In this document: positions 50,686 through 62,720 of the stretch, in pieces
How the letters are laid out: each line of letters begins with the position of its first letter
Numbering within the stretch: the stretch's first letter is position 1
Origin: an uncultured delta proteobacterium
GTDB taxonomy: Bacteria; Desulfobacterota; Binatia; Bin18
Reading direction: 5' to 3'
Length of the DNA stretch: 64,000 nt
Assembly: GCA_963733195.1 (NCBI GenBank)
Contig: CAVTCR010000062.1
Location: 224,001 to 288,000 of the forward strand
The notes under the pieces: generated by a model
Told to the model about the DNA's origin: nothing
Database searches by the model: none
Seen by the model: only the letters and a program-made list of their open reading frames with translations
Made by a program: the position numbers and the translations under genes

Positions 50686-51480
50686 ATGCCAAGCAACGAT
50701 TACACTCCCTTTGAACTGATGGCAATTTTTTTAGCGCGAGAACTGAAAGATGGCGATGTTCTCCGCGTTGGCGTTGCCATGCCGGTTGTCGAAGCGGCTG
50801 TTCGTCTTGCCCATCTCACTCATGGGCCGAACATGGAGTTAATCTTTCTCGGTGCACGCATGAATGTCGCTCATCTTGATACGATACCGCTGCCAGCCTT
50901 TGGCTGGGATCGTCGCGTCGTACGCTGGGCTGAGTCGTATAGTGATGCCGGCCATCGGTTCGATCGGATCAAGGATTGGGACCGCCATGTCTTTTTTATT
51001 GGAGGCGTGCAAGTTGACCCCTATGGCAATACCAATCTCATTGGTGTGGGGTCTGATTATCAACGTCTCCGTTTTCGTGGCCCCGGTTCTGTCGGTACGC
51101 CGACGTTAAGTACGCACGTCGGACGCTACTACATCGTTTTGAACTCACATACGTCCCGCATCTTCGTTGAACAGTGCGACTTTATTAGTGCATTCGGCTG
51201 GGGTTCTGGCGGTGCAGATGCGCGTAAAAAGCTCGGCCTTCCAGGTGGCGGACCGCGCTATTGTGTCACTCCGTTGTGTATCTTCGATTTTGCCGAGGAC
51301 AGCAAACGCATGCGGCTGCATTCAGTCCATCAAGGAGTAACTACAAGTGATATACAGACGCAAACCGGCTTCGCGCTCAATGTCCCTGCGTCTATCCCGG
51401 TCACTGACCCCCCTACGTCAGAAGAGCTACAGGCACTACGTACCCGCGTCGATCGGGCGGGATTTCTGCGCCGGTCGTGA
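50686..51480 (+). CDS. CoA-transferase subunit B (GctB/IpdB-like)
   Basis: LARELKDG, FFIGGVQVDPYGNTN, GPGSVG, VTPLCIFDF, TGF, PT.EEL..LR..D. Confidence 0.85.
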   Translation: MPSNDYTPFELMAIFLARELKDGDVLRVGVAMPVVEAAVRLAHLTHGPNMELIFLGARMNVAHLDTIPLPAFGWDRRVVRWAESYSDAGHRFDRIKDWDRHVFFIGGVQVDPYGNTNLIGVGSDYQRLRFRGPGSVGTPTLSTHVGRYYIVLNSHTSRIFVEQCDFISAFGWGSGGADARKKLGLPGGGPRYCVTPLCIFDFAEDSKRMRLHSVHQGVTTSDIQTQTGFALNVPASIPVTDPPTSEELQALRTRVDRAGFLRRS

Positions 51481-51550
51481 CCTCTTCACCATGCCCTTCT
51501 CCTGTTGACGGGAGGAGAAACTTATAGTGTCATGAGGAGGGGGAAATGCA

Positions 51551-51823
51551 ATGGCGAAACAAAAGATTGTCGACATGGAAAAGAAGCGTGATAAGGCGCG
51601 ACGTTACTCCGGGTATCGTTGTACCCTCAGTGACGGACGACATGTGGACTCATGGGTAACAAATGACGATCTTGATATTGAATTCCACGGCATTGATCTG
51701 AAAACTGCCTGCAAGCTCGCTGTTGAACGCGCGTCGGAAGCAGATCTGAACAAAGGGGAATTACTCGTCCCTCGTGCCCTGCTTGTCGAAGTCGAGACTC
51801 GTGAACACTCAGGGGGGCGCTAG
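51551..51823 (+). CDS. Hypothetical protein
   Basis: Strong RBS GAGGAGG, 90-aa ORF, no recognised motif. Confidence 0.55.
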   Translation: MAKQKIVDMEKKRDKARRYSGYRCTLSDGRHVDSWVTNDDLDIEFHGIDLKTACKLAVERASEADLNKGELLVPRALLVEVETREHSGGR

Positions 51824-51889
51824 TTCTATACCAGTCCTACCTTCCACAGAACGCCGGCCATTCCTCTGTACCTATCGCCTGTACGCCAA

Positions 51890-52220
51890 GGGAAAGATGG
51901 ATGGGCGGTTCATCGACATGATTAACCCGATGGATGTACGCGAATCCGTCCAGCTTGAGGCGAGTGATTTCGAGTATCGGCGCATCCCGACGTGGATGGC
52001 GAATGCCACTTACTTTCCTGGGGAGCGAATCCACTGCAGTTCCTCTACATCCCGAATTTCGAGCAAGAATCGCCTACCCATCGTAGGCTCCCGTAGGTTC
52101 TCTCGCTTCATTACTGGCCGGCTGATCTACACAAGTTACGACGGCGGCGGGCGCAATACGTCCTACGGACAATACGATAAATGGGATAATATCGGGTGGG
52201 AACTCAGCTATGAATTCTAG
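51890..52220 (+). pseudogene. Internally deleted DUF1302-like outer-membrane protein relic
   Basis: GKMDGRFIDMINPMD...DFEYRRIPTWM fused to a beta-barrel-type C-terminus YDKWDNIGWELSYEF*. Confidence 0.55.
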
Positions 52221-54586
52221 ATGCGGTTCTCTCTTCTTGCACAGCCGCTACGCCTGCGATGGCAAAGCGAGGCTTCCAGAGCGAAACCATTGAGGGAATA
52301 AAAATCAACGCGCCGACAACATGAAGAAACAGAATCAAGGCAAGAAGAAGTGCCATTTCGGCTTGGAATTTCATCGGAAAGAAGAGCCAAAAGATTACAC
52401 TGGCAGTGAGCGTCGTCCCGGTAAACAGAATCGCTCGCCCGGTTGTCATGAGCGCTTCTTCAATCGCCAGGTCTACATCGGCAAAATGTTCATACTCTTC
52501 GGTAATCCGTGAGAGCACGTAATAACCATAGTCGATGCCAATACCGATACCGATCGCGGCAATCGGTAATGAATTGATGTTCATATCGATACTAGTCCAG
52601 TACATGATCGCTTCAGTCAGTGGTTGGGCAACAATCGAGGGAATCATCACAATGAGTGCCCCAGCCAGTGACCAGTAGGTGAGGAAACTTAAGATGAAGA
52701 CGATTAGCAGAACGAGAATCAGGTTGACGCGATAGGACCATTCCACCTCATCGTTGATAGCCGCCAAGATACCGAACAACCCACCGGCGAGGCGAAAATC
52801 GACCTTCTCAACTGGATTGGCAGCGATATATTCCTTTGCCCTGCGTAACGCGCCTGTCACCGTGTCATACGAGTAATCTTTGAAATAGACTGTGATCGTG
52901 GCATTCTGCAACTCTTTATCAACAAGGCGTTCTAATGCCGGCGCACCAGCAGAAAGGAGAAAGTAAGCAAACATATTACCGACATCTTTGGTATTGGACG
53001 GGAGAATCGCCCACTTCGGCACTCCTTCTTCAAACATTTGGTACATCTGGCGAATGACATCCGCCCCACTCATGCTTCCTCCCGCCAATCGATTGTTGTG
53101 CTCCATATAGCGTTGGAATTTTTCTAACGCGGTTAAGGATTCAGGTTGCCGAAACACGCCAGGTTCGCTTCCTTCGGCAAAGATCGTAAGTGCCGAAACT
53201 CCAACGAAGCCTTTTTTTACGACCAGATCATAAGCCGTATTATAGGGATGGTGTGGATAAAAAAGCGCCCTGCCAATAGACACGTCACCGATTTTGAGTT
53301 GATGGGCATAGTACACGCCGACAATCAAGGCAACGGCAAAACCCACTATGGTTGCATAGCGGGCATCGCCGCGACTGACTTTCACCAGCAGGCGATTAAT
53401 CGAGTTATAGAGTTTATCCGACAGGCGCTTACCTGCCATAGGATCACGATGTGGAGGATTGAGAAACGATAGGATGATGGGATGTAACGTAACCACACTC
53501 ACTGAAATCGTGAAGATCCAAAAACTCGACACAACCGCAAGTTTCTGAACGAGCGGAATCCGCGCCACTGCGAGGCTCAGAATCGCGAGACCGTCAGCAG
53601 CAATCGACACCAACGCCGGTGAGAAGAGACCCAGGTATGATTGCAGAATAGCGGCATCTTTGTCGCCCAGGCGGAAATATTCTTCGTGATAGCGTTCCAT
53701 AGATTGCACTGAATGTGACAGTGCTCGCGCGGTAATCAACAAAAACACCACCACCATCAACAGATCGATGGTAAATCCCAACATGCCGGCGAACCCTAAC
53801 GCCCATACCGTACTCAGTACCCCAGAGAACAACGGAATAAGGACGCCTTGCACAGTTCGGAAGTAGAACCACAGCAGCAGCATGATCGACAGAACCGTGA
53901 GGCCGATGATGTAGAAGATCCACGCCTTGTAGTTGAACACCCAGCAAAACAGCATGGGAAAGCCGGTCATGTGGATGGTGTGTTTTGCATCCGTCTCTTG
54001 ATCCCGAATCTGAAATAAGCGCTCTTTCATGCGGCCAAAGTCGAGACCAGATTCCCAGAACCCTGCCGTAATCAACGCGACTTTGTCATCCCGCGACACG
54101 AAGAAATCGAAAATTCCGTCATTGGTATAGACAGACTTCTTGATTCGGATCGCGTCCGCGGCCTCCTTCGGCGGACCAGGGAAATAGATCGGTAAAGCAC
54201 GAATCCCTGACCCGGAGATTTGAATACTGCGCACTTTGGGATGAGCAATAGACAACACTTGCCACGGGTTCACTCCCGGAGTTTCAAGGAGCGCACGGGT
54301 AATACGATCAATCTTGTTGAGGGTATCAACCGTGAAAATGTCGCCGTCTTTCACCTCCACTGCCACCACTAAAACATTAGCCGAGCCGAACATGCGCGCG
54401 TGCTTTCTGTGCCAACTGCGTATAAGGATGATTCGGCGGGATAATGTCGCGGAAGTTCATCTGAATCCGCGTTTGGAACAAATAGTGTCCTAAGATCAGC
54501 GTGATCAGGGTAGATACCGCAATGACCGGCCAGCGATAACGCAACAAGAAGCGCACATAGGCTTCCATCCAACGGCGGGGGAGCAT
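52204..54586 (-). CDS. MMPL/RND family transporter (frameshift near 54395)
   Basis: Two periplasmic loops and many TMs; FGSAN, IGIGIDYGYY, TTGRAILFTG. Confidence 0.88.
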
Positions 54587-54934
54587 GATTACGAATGACT
54601 CCTTTTTTCCGTCACAGCCGATGACCATCGTGTCCACGACGAAGGACCATCGCTGCAACCGAGGCAAGCTATGCTGGCCCACTTCCTACGTCAAGAGTTT
54701 TCTCTGTTTTATCAGCACCCACTCGCTGTGATTATCGCCTTGCTCAAAGGTTTCCTCCTCGTCTCTATCTCCTGTCCCTATCGCAGCTCTTGGCTCCTCT
54801 TTACTCTTGTCGCGGAAGCGTTTACTTTCCCGGCGTTGTTGCGGAGGCGTAGCGGCGTCAAAGTACCACAAGATGCCCGCCGAACACTGCGGACTAAATC
54901 AACACGACACGTCAACGGAAGGGACTCTCCCATT

Positions 54935-56989
54935 ATGGATTTCCTAGCCAATATCTCACCATTCTTAGGGTTTGGAGGACTCGCGGTAGCGTGGGTCATT
55001 TATAAAGAGGTATGCAACCGCCCAGACGGTAACGAGCGCATGCGGGAGATTGCCGGATATATTTATGAAGGGGCCATGGCCTTCTTGAGACGTGAGTACC
55101 GAATCCTCGGCTATTTCGTTGTTGATCGTCTTTGTCTTGCTCACTCATCAGCATCAGTTGGCGGACCGCTATCGCGTTTGTCAGTGGCGCGCTCTGTTCG
55201 GTCCTCGCCGGCCTCTTCGGTATGCAGGCAGCCACGAAAGCTAACGTCCGCACCTCTCAAGCAGCAAAGGATCAAGGTGAAGGTGAAGCACTGCTGACTG
55301 CTTTCGACGGTGGTGCCGTGATGGGCCTCTCAGTCGCAAGTCTAGGACTGATCGGGGTGGGATTCTTCTTATGGCTGTACCACACTCCAGAAACTGCGCA
55401 GTACATCAACGGCTTCGCCATGGGTGCGAGCTCCATCGCCTTGTTCGCTCGCGTGGGTGGTGGCATTTACACCAAAGCGGCTGATGTTGGCAGTGACTTG
55501 GTCGGAAAAGTGGAAGCCGGCATTCCTGAAGATGACCCGCGCAACCCTGGAGTCATCGCGGATAACGTTGGCGACAATGTCGGTGACGTTGCCGGCATGG
55601 GAGCTGATTTATTTGAATCCTATGTTGGTGCGATTATCGCAGCGATTGCGATTGGCGCAACTTTGTCGCTCAGCGTAATGACAAATCTCGCCCAGGACGG
55701 GATCAGCAATGATCACATTCGCATGTCGCTGATGACATTACCACTCGACCTTTCAGCAATTGGGCTCGTCGCCTCGATCATTGGTATCTATTCAATGCGG
55801 GTACTCAAAGAACGTTGGTCCTTCTGCGGCGTTGCGCTACTCAACATATATTTCTGCTGGCGTCTTTATTGTTCTTGCCTTCATTCTTGTCTGGGCTTTA
55901 GGGATCGCGCACTCGGTATTCTGGGCTGTTACATCCGGCTGTCTCGTTGGTCTCGCCATTGGTCGTATCACCGATTATTACACGTCATCGACTCCAGTCG
56001 TACGAGTTGCCGAGGCGAGCAAGACGGGGGCAGCAACCAATATCATCAGTGGCTTCGCTGTCGGCCTTGAAAGTTGCGCGCTGCCTGTCCTGGCAATTTG
56101 CTTGGCTATTTTTATTTCTGATTGGACGGCAGGCCTCTATGGCATCGGCATTGCCGGTATTGGCATGCTGGCAACGGTTGGTATCACGATGACAGTTGAT
56201 GCCTACGGACCGATTGCCGACAACGCCGGTGGTATTTCCGAGATGGCCGGACTGGGACCGGAAGTGCGAAAAATCACCGATGGTTTGGACGCCCTCGGCA
56301 ACACAACAGCAGCAATCGGTAAAGGGTTTGCGATTGGCTCTGCCGCCCTGACAGCGCTGGCACTGTTTTCCGCTTTTACTCAGGCAGTTGATCAGAATCG
56401 TGCCGCCGCCAGCCTTCCTCCTCTGCAAATCGTCGTCACGAATCCGACAGTTGTCATTGGCCTATTCATTGGCGGGATTCTTCCTTTCTTCATTGGCGCA
56501 TTGACCATGACTGCCGTCGGACGGGCCGCCAGCCAGATGGTCGATGAAATTCGTCGGCAGTTCCGCGAGATTCCCGGGCTGTTAGAAGGACGCGAAGGGG
56601 CACGACCTGATACGGCTCGCTGTGTCGACATCTCAACTGCGGCAGCATTAAAAGAGATGATCCTTCCAGGCGTAACCGCAGTTATTGCCCCAGTGATCGT
56701 TGGTGTCATCATGGGCGCAGAGGCCCTCGGTGGCATGTTAGCTGGAGCGACGGTGGCTGGTGTGTTGCTCGCGATATTGATGTCAAACGCCGGTGGCGTA
56801 TGGGACAACGCCAAAAAGGCGATCGAAAAAGGCGAAATTCCAGGCGAGAAGAAAGGCTCGGACGCACACAAAGCCGCAGTGGTCGGCGACACTGTGGGGG
56901 ACCCATTCAAAGACACTTCCGGCCCCTCGATGAACATCCTCATCAAATTGATGTCGGTAGTCGCGTTGGTCATCGCTCCGTTGCTGTAG
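54935..56989 (+). CDS. hppA: Membrane pyrophosphatase, K+-dependent type (frameshifted)
   Basis: [62 protein letters not shown]. Confidence 0.95.
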
Positions 56990-57418
56990 GATCAAAAATC
57001 TAACGACTTCCCAACTTCACAGGGAAGCCCTGTCATTGCGAGGAGCCCTTCGACTGGGCTCAGGGCAGGCTCCGGCGACGAAGCAATCTCTTTTGCTGCG
57101 AAAGATTGCTTCGCTCCGCTCGCCAGATGAACGCCACTCTCTGATTGGCTCGGAAATCAGGAAATTATTCTATCTGACGTCGCAAGAGGGTAGGCAATGC
57201 TTCCCTTTTTTGCACTTCTGTCGCCCACAGAACTCGGTAAAGCCTGCATATCGGGTAGTTGCCCCTGCCAGTATCGCTGAAGGTGGGAAGTATTTACCCA
57301 TGCTCACAGCAGAGCGATGTTGGAAAAAATGCCGAAGACGGTTAATGTTCAATGATAGGGAAGGAACAGGCGCACCGGATGTGCCGATCACCGAATGTGG
57401 AATTCTCACTGGGGAAAC

Positions 57419-60400
57419 ATGATGCGACTGAACCAACGAATCACAAAACCAAAAGCCATTGGCACGATAATCCTCCTGCTCACCAGCGTTGCTCTTCTCG
57501 GTAGTTACCAACGCGGAACCGCCGAGAGCGGCACTAGCAGCTTCAGCATCTTTCCTCTCCAGTTAGATACACGCTCCATACGAAGCGCTGTACTGCAAAG
57601 CACGCCGCCTGACCCACAAACACAAGCTCTTGCTGACCGCCTTCGCGAACGACTGAGTGCGAGGCAAGCTGCCCAACAGCGCAAGGCCACACTTGCGGTT
57701 ATGTCAGCTGAGCAAGCACGCACGTTCGCCACTTTGGAGAAGCAAACCCAGACTGCCGTGGAGATTCGGCTCCGTCCAACCACCGGCACCCCAATGCAGA
57801 TCACTAGTCCAATGTTGCAACCGAGCATCGCCGACGGTGTCCCAGGTCCCGATCGTGATGAAAAAACAGCCCGCACGTTTTTACGCACCTACTACAACCT
57901 CTTACGGCTTGATCACCCTGATCAAGAATTAACCTTGACTCACCATAATGTAGATCACTTACAACGGGGTCACCTCCGCTTCTCGCAGCAGTATCGTACT
58001 CTTCCAGTATGGCCGGCTGAGGTCATCGTTCACCTCAACCCCAAGGGCCAGGTTGATGTGGTCGACGGAGCGTTCATACCGACTCCACGTAAACTCGTAA
58101 CCGATCCAGTTATTAGCGCCCAAGCCGCTTCTACTCGGGCACGGACACTCGTACCAGGTGGTGCAACCGCCACCGTCAGCGATCCAGAACTTATTGTCTA
58201 CGCGCCAGTAGAAATGGCACCGCATCTCGCGTGGAAAATGGAAGTAGAGGTCTCGCCCACAGCTCGATGGTTGGTCATCCTTGATGCCATCAATGGAGCA
58301 ACACTCACCGCCTACAACCAGGTGATGGACGCGAACGTCACTGGTTCAGGGATCGATCTCTTTGGCGCGACACGCCCGTTAAACGTTTTTTCCGAGGACA
58401 GCACGTTCTACATGATCGACACCAGCAAGCGCATGTTCGATCCAACCTCGGACCCACCAGAGCTGAGCGAAACTCGCGGCGCTATCACCATATTGGATGC
58501 AGCTAATCGTGACCCGGATTCCCAAGGGAGGATCTCGGTGTCGCAGGTGACCTCGAATAGTGCGACATCTGGTTGGATACCAGACGCTGTAAGTGCCTCT
58601 TTAGCCCTCTCACAGACCTACGATTATTACCTCGAACGACATGGACGCGATTCACTCGACGGGCAAGGTGGGACGATGCTCGCCATTGTTCGTCTCGGAA
58701 CCAATTTCAATAATGCCGCATGGAATGGACAGATGATGTTGTTCGGCGATGTCCAACCCTTTGCCGGTTCACTTGACATCGTTGCCCACGAACTCACTCA
58801 CGGTGTGACGCAATTTTCTGCGAATCTCGTCTATCTCAATCAATCTGGCGCGCTGAACGAAGCGTTCTCTGACATCTTTGGTGAAGCGACGGAGGCACGT
58901 ACCAACGGCAGTGGACCAGATTGGCTCGTCGGCGCTCAACTGGGAGCGCCGTTACGCAACTTGGCGAATCCATCAGCGATTGAAATTTGTCCTGGCTGCG
59001 GCCCCTATCCGAAGAGTACAAGCGAGTTCATCAACACTGCGCAGGATAATGGTGGTGTCCATATCAACAGCACGATTATTGGCCATGCGTTTTATCTTTT
59101 AGCCCAGGGACCGAGTGGAGCGATCGGAATTCGTGACGCCGAACGTATTTTCTATCGAGCGCTGACAACACACCTAGTGAGAAACTCGCAGTTTATTGAT
59201 GCGCGGCTCGCCTGTATTCAATCCGCAACCGAGCTGTTTGGGGCAAACTCTCCACAAACCGCCGCAACCATTGCCGTCTTTGATCAGGTGGGAATCACCG
59301 ACGCCCCGCCATCACCTGAGCCGCCGACGCTGCCGGCAGTAAGCGGTCCGGATGCCACCTTATTTCTACGTCGTGAGCAAGGACAACTGTTTCTAGAACG
59401 CCGTGAAGAAGGACGCGGGGATAGTGCGCTGGGAGTCCGATTATCCGCCAATGCGGTCAAAAGCGCACGTCCTGCCGTCTCTGGCGATGGCAGTTTTGCC
59501 GTTTTCGTCAATGCGTCCAACGATATCTGTTTTATCGATACTGATGGCTCCGCCAGTGAAGACTGTCTTGGCTTTCCCGGGCAAATTAGCTCTGTGGCTA
59601 TTTCACGCGACGGGTCACGTTTTGGTGTGGTTCTTCTTGCTGGTGGGCAACCAGACAACCGTATTTCGGTTCTTGATGTACTATCCGGACAGGCTACAAT
59701 CTACATTCTTGCTTCTCCGGCTATTGACGGAACCTCGGCGAATACGGTCAGATTCGCCGATAGCATGGATTTTACTGCCGACAATCGTGTGCTCATTTAT
59801 GACGCGTTTAACGAAGTCTCACTAGCCGATGGCTCGCGGTTTGGCGCCTGGAGTATCTACTCGCTCGACCTGGCAACCAACACCACACATACAGTTGTCC
59901 CGCCAACAGCAGGCATCGACATTAGCTTTCCTCGCTTGAGTCGTACGAGCGACAACTTCTTGACCTTCGATGTCCGCGATCAGGCAGCCGGTCGATCAAC
60001 AATCTCCGCCTGCAAACTCAGCACGGGTGTCTGTACAGAGGTCGCAACCATAAACGGAGATTTTGGCGTCCCGTCGTACACCGGAGATGACAGTGCGATC
60101 ATTTACTCACAACTCGACACCTCAACGCCGACCGGTGTCTCGCTGATGCGACAGCCGTTAGCCAGCGATCGTCAAACGCCCGTTGGTGCCTCAACGTTGT
60201 GGCTGAGTAACGCCGACTTCAACGTTATTTATCGTCGCGGGCTGACGCCAGCCAGCGGCTGGAGTGTACGTTAGAAAATCCCGCACCAGGTTCCATACAA
60301 AGCGGCATCGGCTTGATCTCGGGGTGGGTATGTAATGCGAACCGCGATCGATATCGACGTCGACGGTCGCGCCACGTTTCAAGCGGCATATGGCACAGGC

Positions 60401-61127
60401 CGTGACGATACCCAGCCTGATTGTGGTGACACGAACAACGGGTTTGGACTGTTAGTTCAACTGGAACCTGCTAGGCCACGGCCCACATCGTGTGCGGGTG
60501 TTGGCTGACGATGTAGAGATAAAAAACTCCACGTTTACCGTCGCCACGTTAGGTCTTGGCGAATTTCCTCGCAACTTATCTGGAGCGTTTACATTACAGA
60601 ATTTTCCTCAGAACGGCGGAACAACCCGCGTGCAATGGCAAGAAGGAACGCAAAACTTTGTCATCACTAATGCGAGCGGCAATAGTCCGGGTGGAGGGAG
60701 CAACAATCCCGGCACGCAGTTAGAAAATCCCGCACCAGGATCGTTCCAGAGTGGCCTTGGCCTTATTTCCGGGTGGGTATGTAACGCCAATCGGATCGAT
60801 ATTGATGTCGATGGTCGTGCAACACTGCAAGCAGCATACAGAACAGGCCGCGCTGATACACAGGGAACATGTGGTGACACCAACAACGGCTACGGCTTGT
60901 TAGTCAACTGGAACCTGCTGGGAGACGGCCCCCATAGCGTGCGGGTGCTGGCCGATGGTGTTGAAGTAGGACGTTCTACCTTTACCGTTGCAACCCTTGG
61001 CCTCGGAGAATTTCCCCGTGGCTTGGGCGGGACGTTTACACTATCAGGCTTCCCACAAGCTGGCAGGTCAACACAAATTCAGTGGCAAGAGAGTATACAG
61101 AATTTTGCGATTATCGCAGTTCAATAA
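57419..61127 (+). CDS. M4 (thermolysin-like) metallopeptidase with propeller-like region and two C-terminal repeats (frameshifts after 60240)
   Basis: Signal peptide, FTP/PepSY propeptide, NNAAWNG, AHELTHG, SGALNEAFSD, DNGGVHINS. Confidence 0.9.
60271..61127 (+). repeat. Two tandem ~135-aa coding repeats
   Basis: LENPAPGS.QSG.GLISGWVCNA.RIDIDVDGRAT.QAAY.TGR.DT..CGDTNNG at 60271 and 60720. Confidence 0.85.
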
Positions 61128-61153
61128 ATACTATCCGGAGTGGCACCTGAATA

Positions 61154-62533
61154 TCAGCCAAAGAGTCGTAAAAATATAGTCAAAATCCCCAAGAACGACA
61201 GAAACCCGCACAGATCAGTACAGGCAGTGACAAAGACATTTGACGCAACTGCCGGATCGATACCAAGCCAGCGCAGCGTAAACGGAATCACACTACCAAT
61301 AAAGGCTGCGACCACAAGGTTGACGAGTAACGCCAGCATGAGGACAAAGCCGAGCAACGGTTGGCCCTTCCACAAATAGGCAATAAATCCTGCCGCGACT
61401 CCAAGGATCAGGCCATTCCCCAGTGCGACCAACAGTTCCTTTAACAATACTCGCTTGGCGTGACTTAGATTGACCTCACCGAGCGCTAGGCCACGAACAA
61501 TCACTGTCAGTGTTTGTATGCCAGCATTACCTCCCTGCGCAGCAACCATGGTCATGAACGCAGCAGCAATCGCTACAGACTGAATCGTTCCTTCAAAAAA
61601 GGAAATGACACTCGCACTCAATGTCGTCGTCAACAGATTGAGTCCAAGCCACGGCAGACGTCGTTGGATCGATTGCCGGGGAGAGTCAAATACCGTGTCT
61701 TCTCCGCTGAGGCCCGCAAATTTGTAGATATCTTCAGTCGCTTCTTCTTCAAGTACGTCCACCACATCATCAATCGTAATGCGACCAAGAAGGATTCCTT
61801 GCGCGTCTACAACCGGAAGCGACAATAAATCATAGCGTTTGAAGAGCTGGGCAACCTGTTCTTGATCGAGATCAACTCGGGCGGAAATCACCTGCTGATC
61901 CATCGCTTTCTCTACCGGTTCGTCCGGCTGAGCAAGGATCAGCTTTCGTAGGGGGAGGACGCCAACCAAACGCCTCGTTCCATCAACGACAAACACGTTA
62001 TGAATATCGGGAACATCCTCAATATGACTGCGAATCATCTCGATCGCTTGCGTGACGGTTGTCCCTTCCGGAACTTCAACATGCTCGATCTGCATGATCC
62101 CGCCGGCGGTGTCAGCAGGATAACGTAGGAGCTGCGACATCTCGGCCGATAACTCTTGCGGAACCTGATCAAGGACAGCACGAGCTTGTTCTTCAGGCAA
62201 TGAAGCAAGGAGGTCGGCAGCATCATCAGAATCAAGTCGTTCAACGATCTCGCCGAGTGCAGCATTTGAGAGTTCTTGGCTTAATTCTTCCTGCGTCAGC
62301 GGAGAGGCAAAGCTGAAGACCTCAGAGGCCAGGTCCGGCGTAAGCGAGGTAAATATTTTCTGCTTGAGTTCCGGTTCCTCCAAGGCATCGAGCAGCTCGG
62401 CAATGTCTGCCGGATGGAGCGCCGCGACCCCGGTGCGCACGAGTTCATCCTGCCCAAGCTCAGCTTGGATCACTAGTGTTTCGAGCAGTGTTTCGCGTTC
62501 CCGTGGACTCGCTGGGGTTACTTGTGGGTTCAT
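61154..62533 (-). CDS. mgtE: Magnesium transporter
   Basis: LHPADIAE, DDAAD, YP.DTAGGIM, CBS pair, RLPWL, GGNAGIQ, DPAVAS..FVT..TD. Confidence 0.95.
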   Translation of the reverse strand: MNPQVTPASPRERETLLETLVIQAELGQDELVRTGVAALHPADIAELLDALEEPELKQKIFTSLTPDLASEVFSFASPLTQEELSQELSNAALGEIVERLDSDDAADLLASLPEEQARAVLDQVPQELSAEMSQLLRYPADTAGGIMQIEHVEVPEGTTVTQAIEMIRSHIEDVPDIHNVFVVDGTRRLVGVLPLRKLILAQPDEPVEKAMDQQVISARVDLDQEQVAQLFKRYDLLSLPVVDAQGILLGRITIDDVVDVLEEEATEDIYKFAGLSGEDTVFDSPRQSIQRRLPWLGLNLLTTTLSASVISFFEGTIQSVAIAAAFMTMVAAQGGNAGIQTLTVIVRGLALGEVNLSHAKRVLLKELLVALGNGLILGVAAGFIAYLWKGQPLLGFVLMLALLVNLVVAAFIGSVIPFTLRWLGIDPAVASNVFVTACTDLCGFLSFLGILTIFLRLFG

Positions 62534-62720
62534 ATAGGTTTCCTGATTCAGTTGTGGATTACGCCGTTCATGATTCGACTTCATCCTGCAGGTAGATTCT
62601 GTCCCGAGCTTGTCGAAGGGCTCAGCACGAACGGGCTGCTAACATCGCTCGTCCTGAGCGTAGCGTAGCGAAGTCGAAGGGCAAACAAAGGGTATGTACT
62701 ACCTATCTAAAATAGGATCG

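Noticed and set aside
56392-56973. Long antisense ORFs (e.g. opposite hppA, the dehydrogenases and the M1 peptidase)
   Set aside because: Shadow ORFs of GC-rich coding strands with no motifs or RBS
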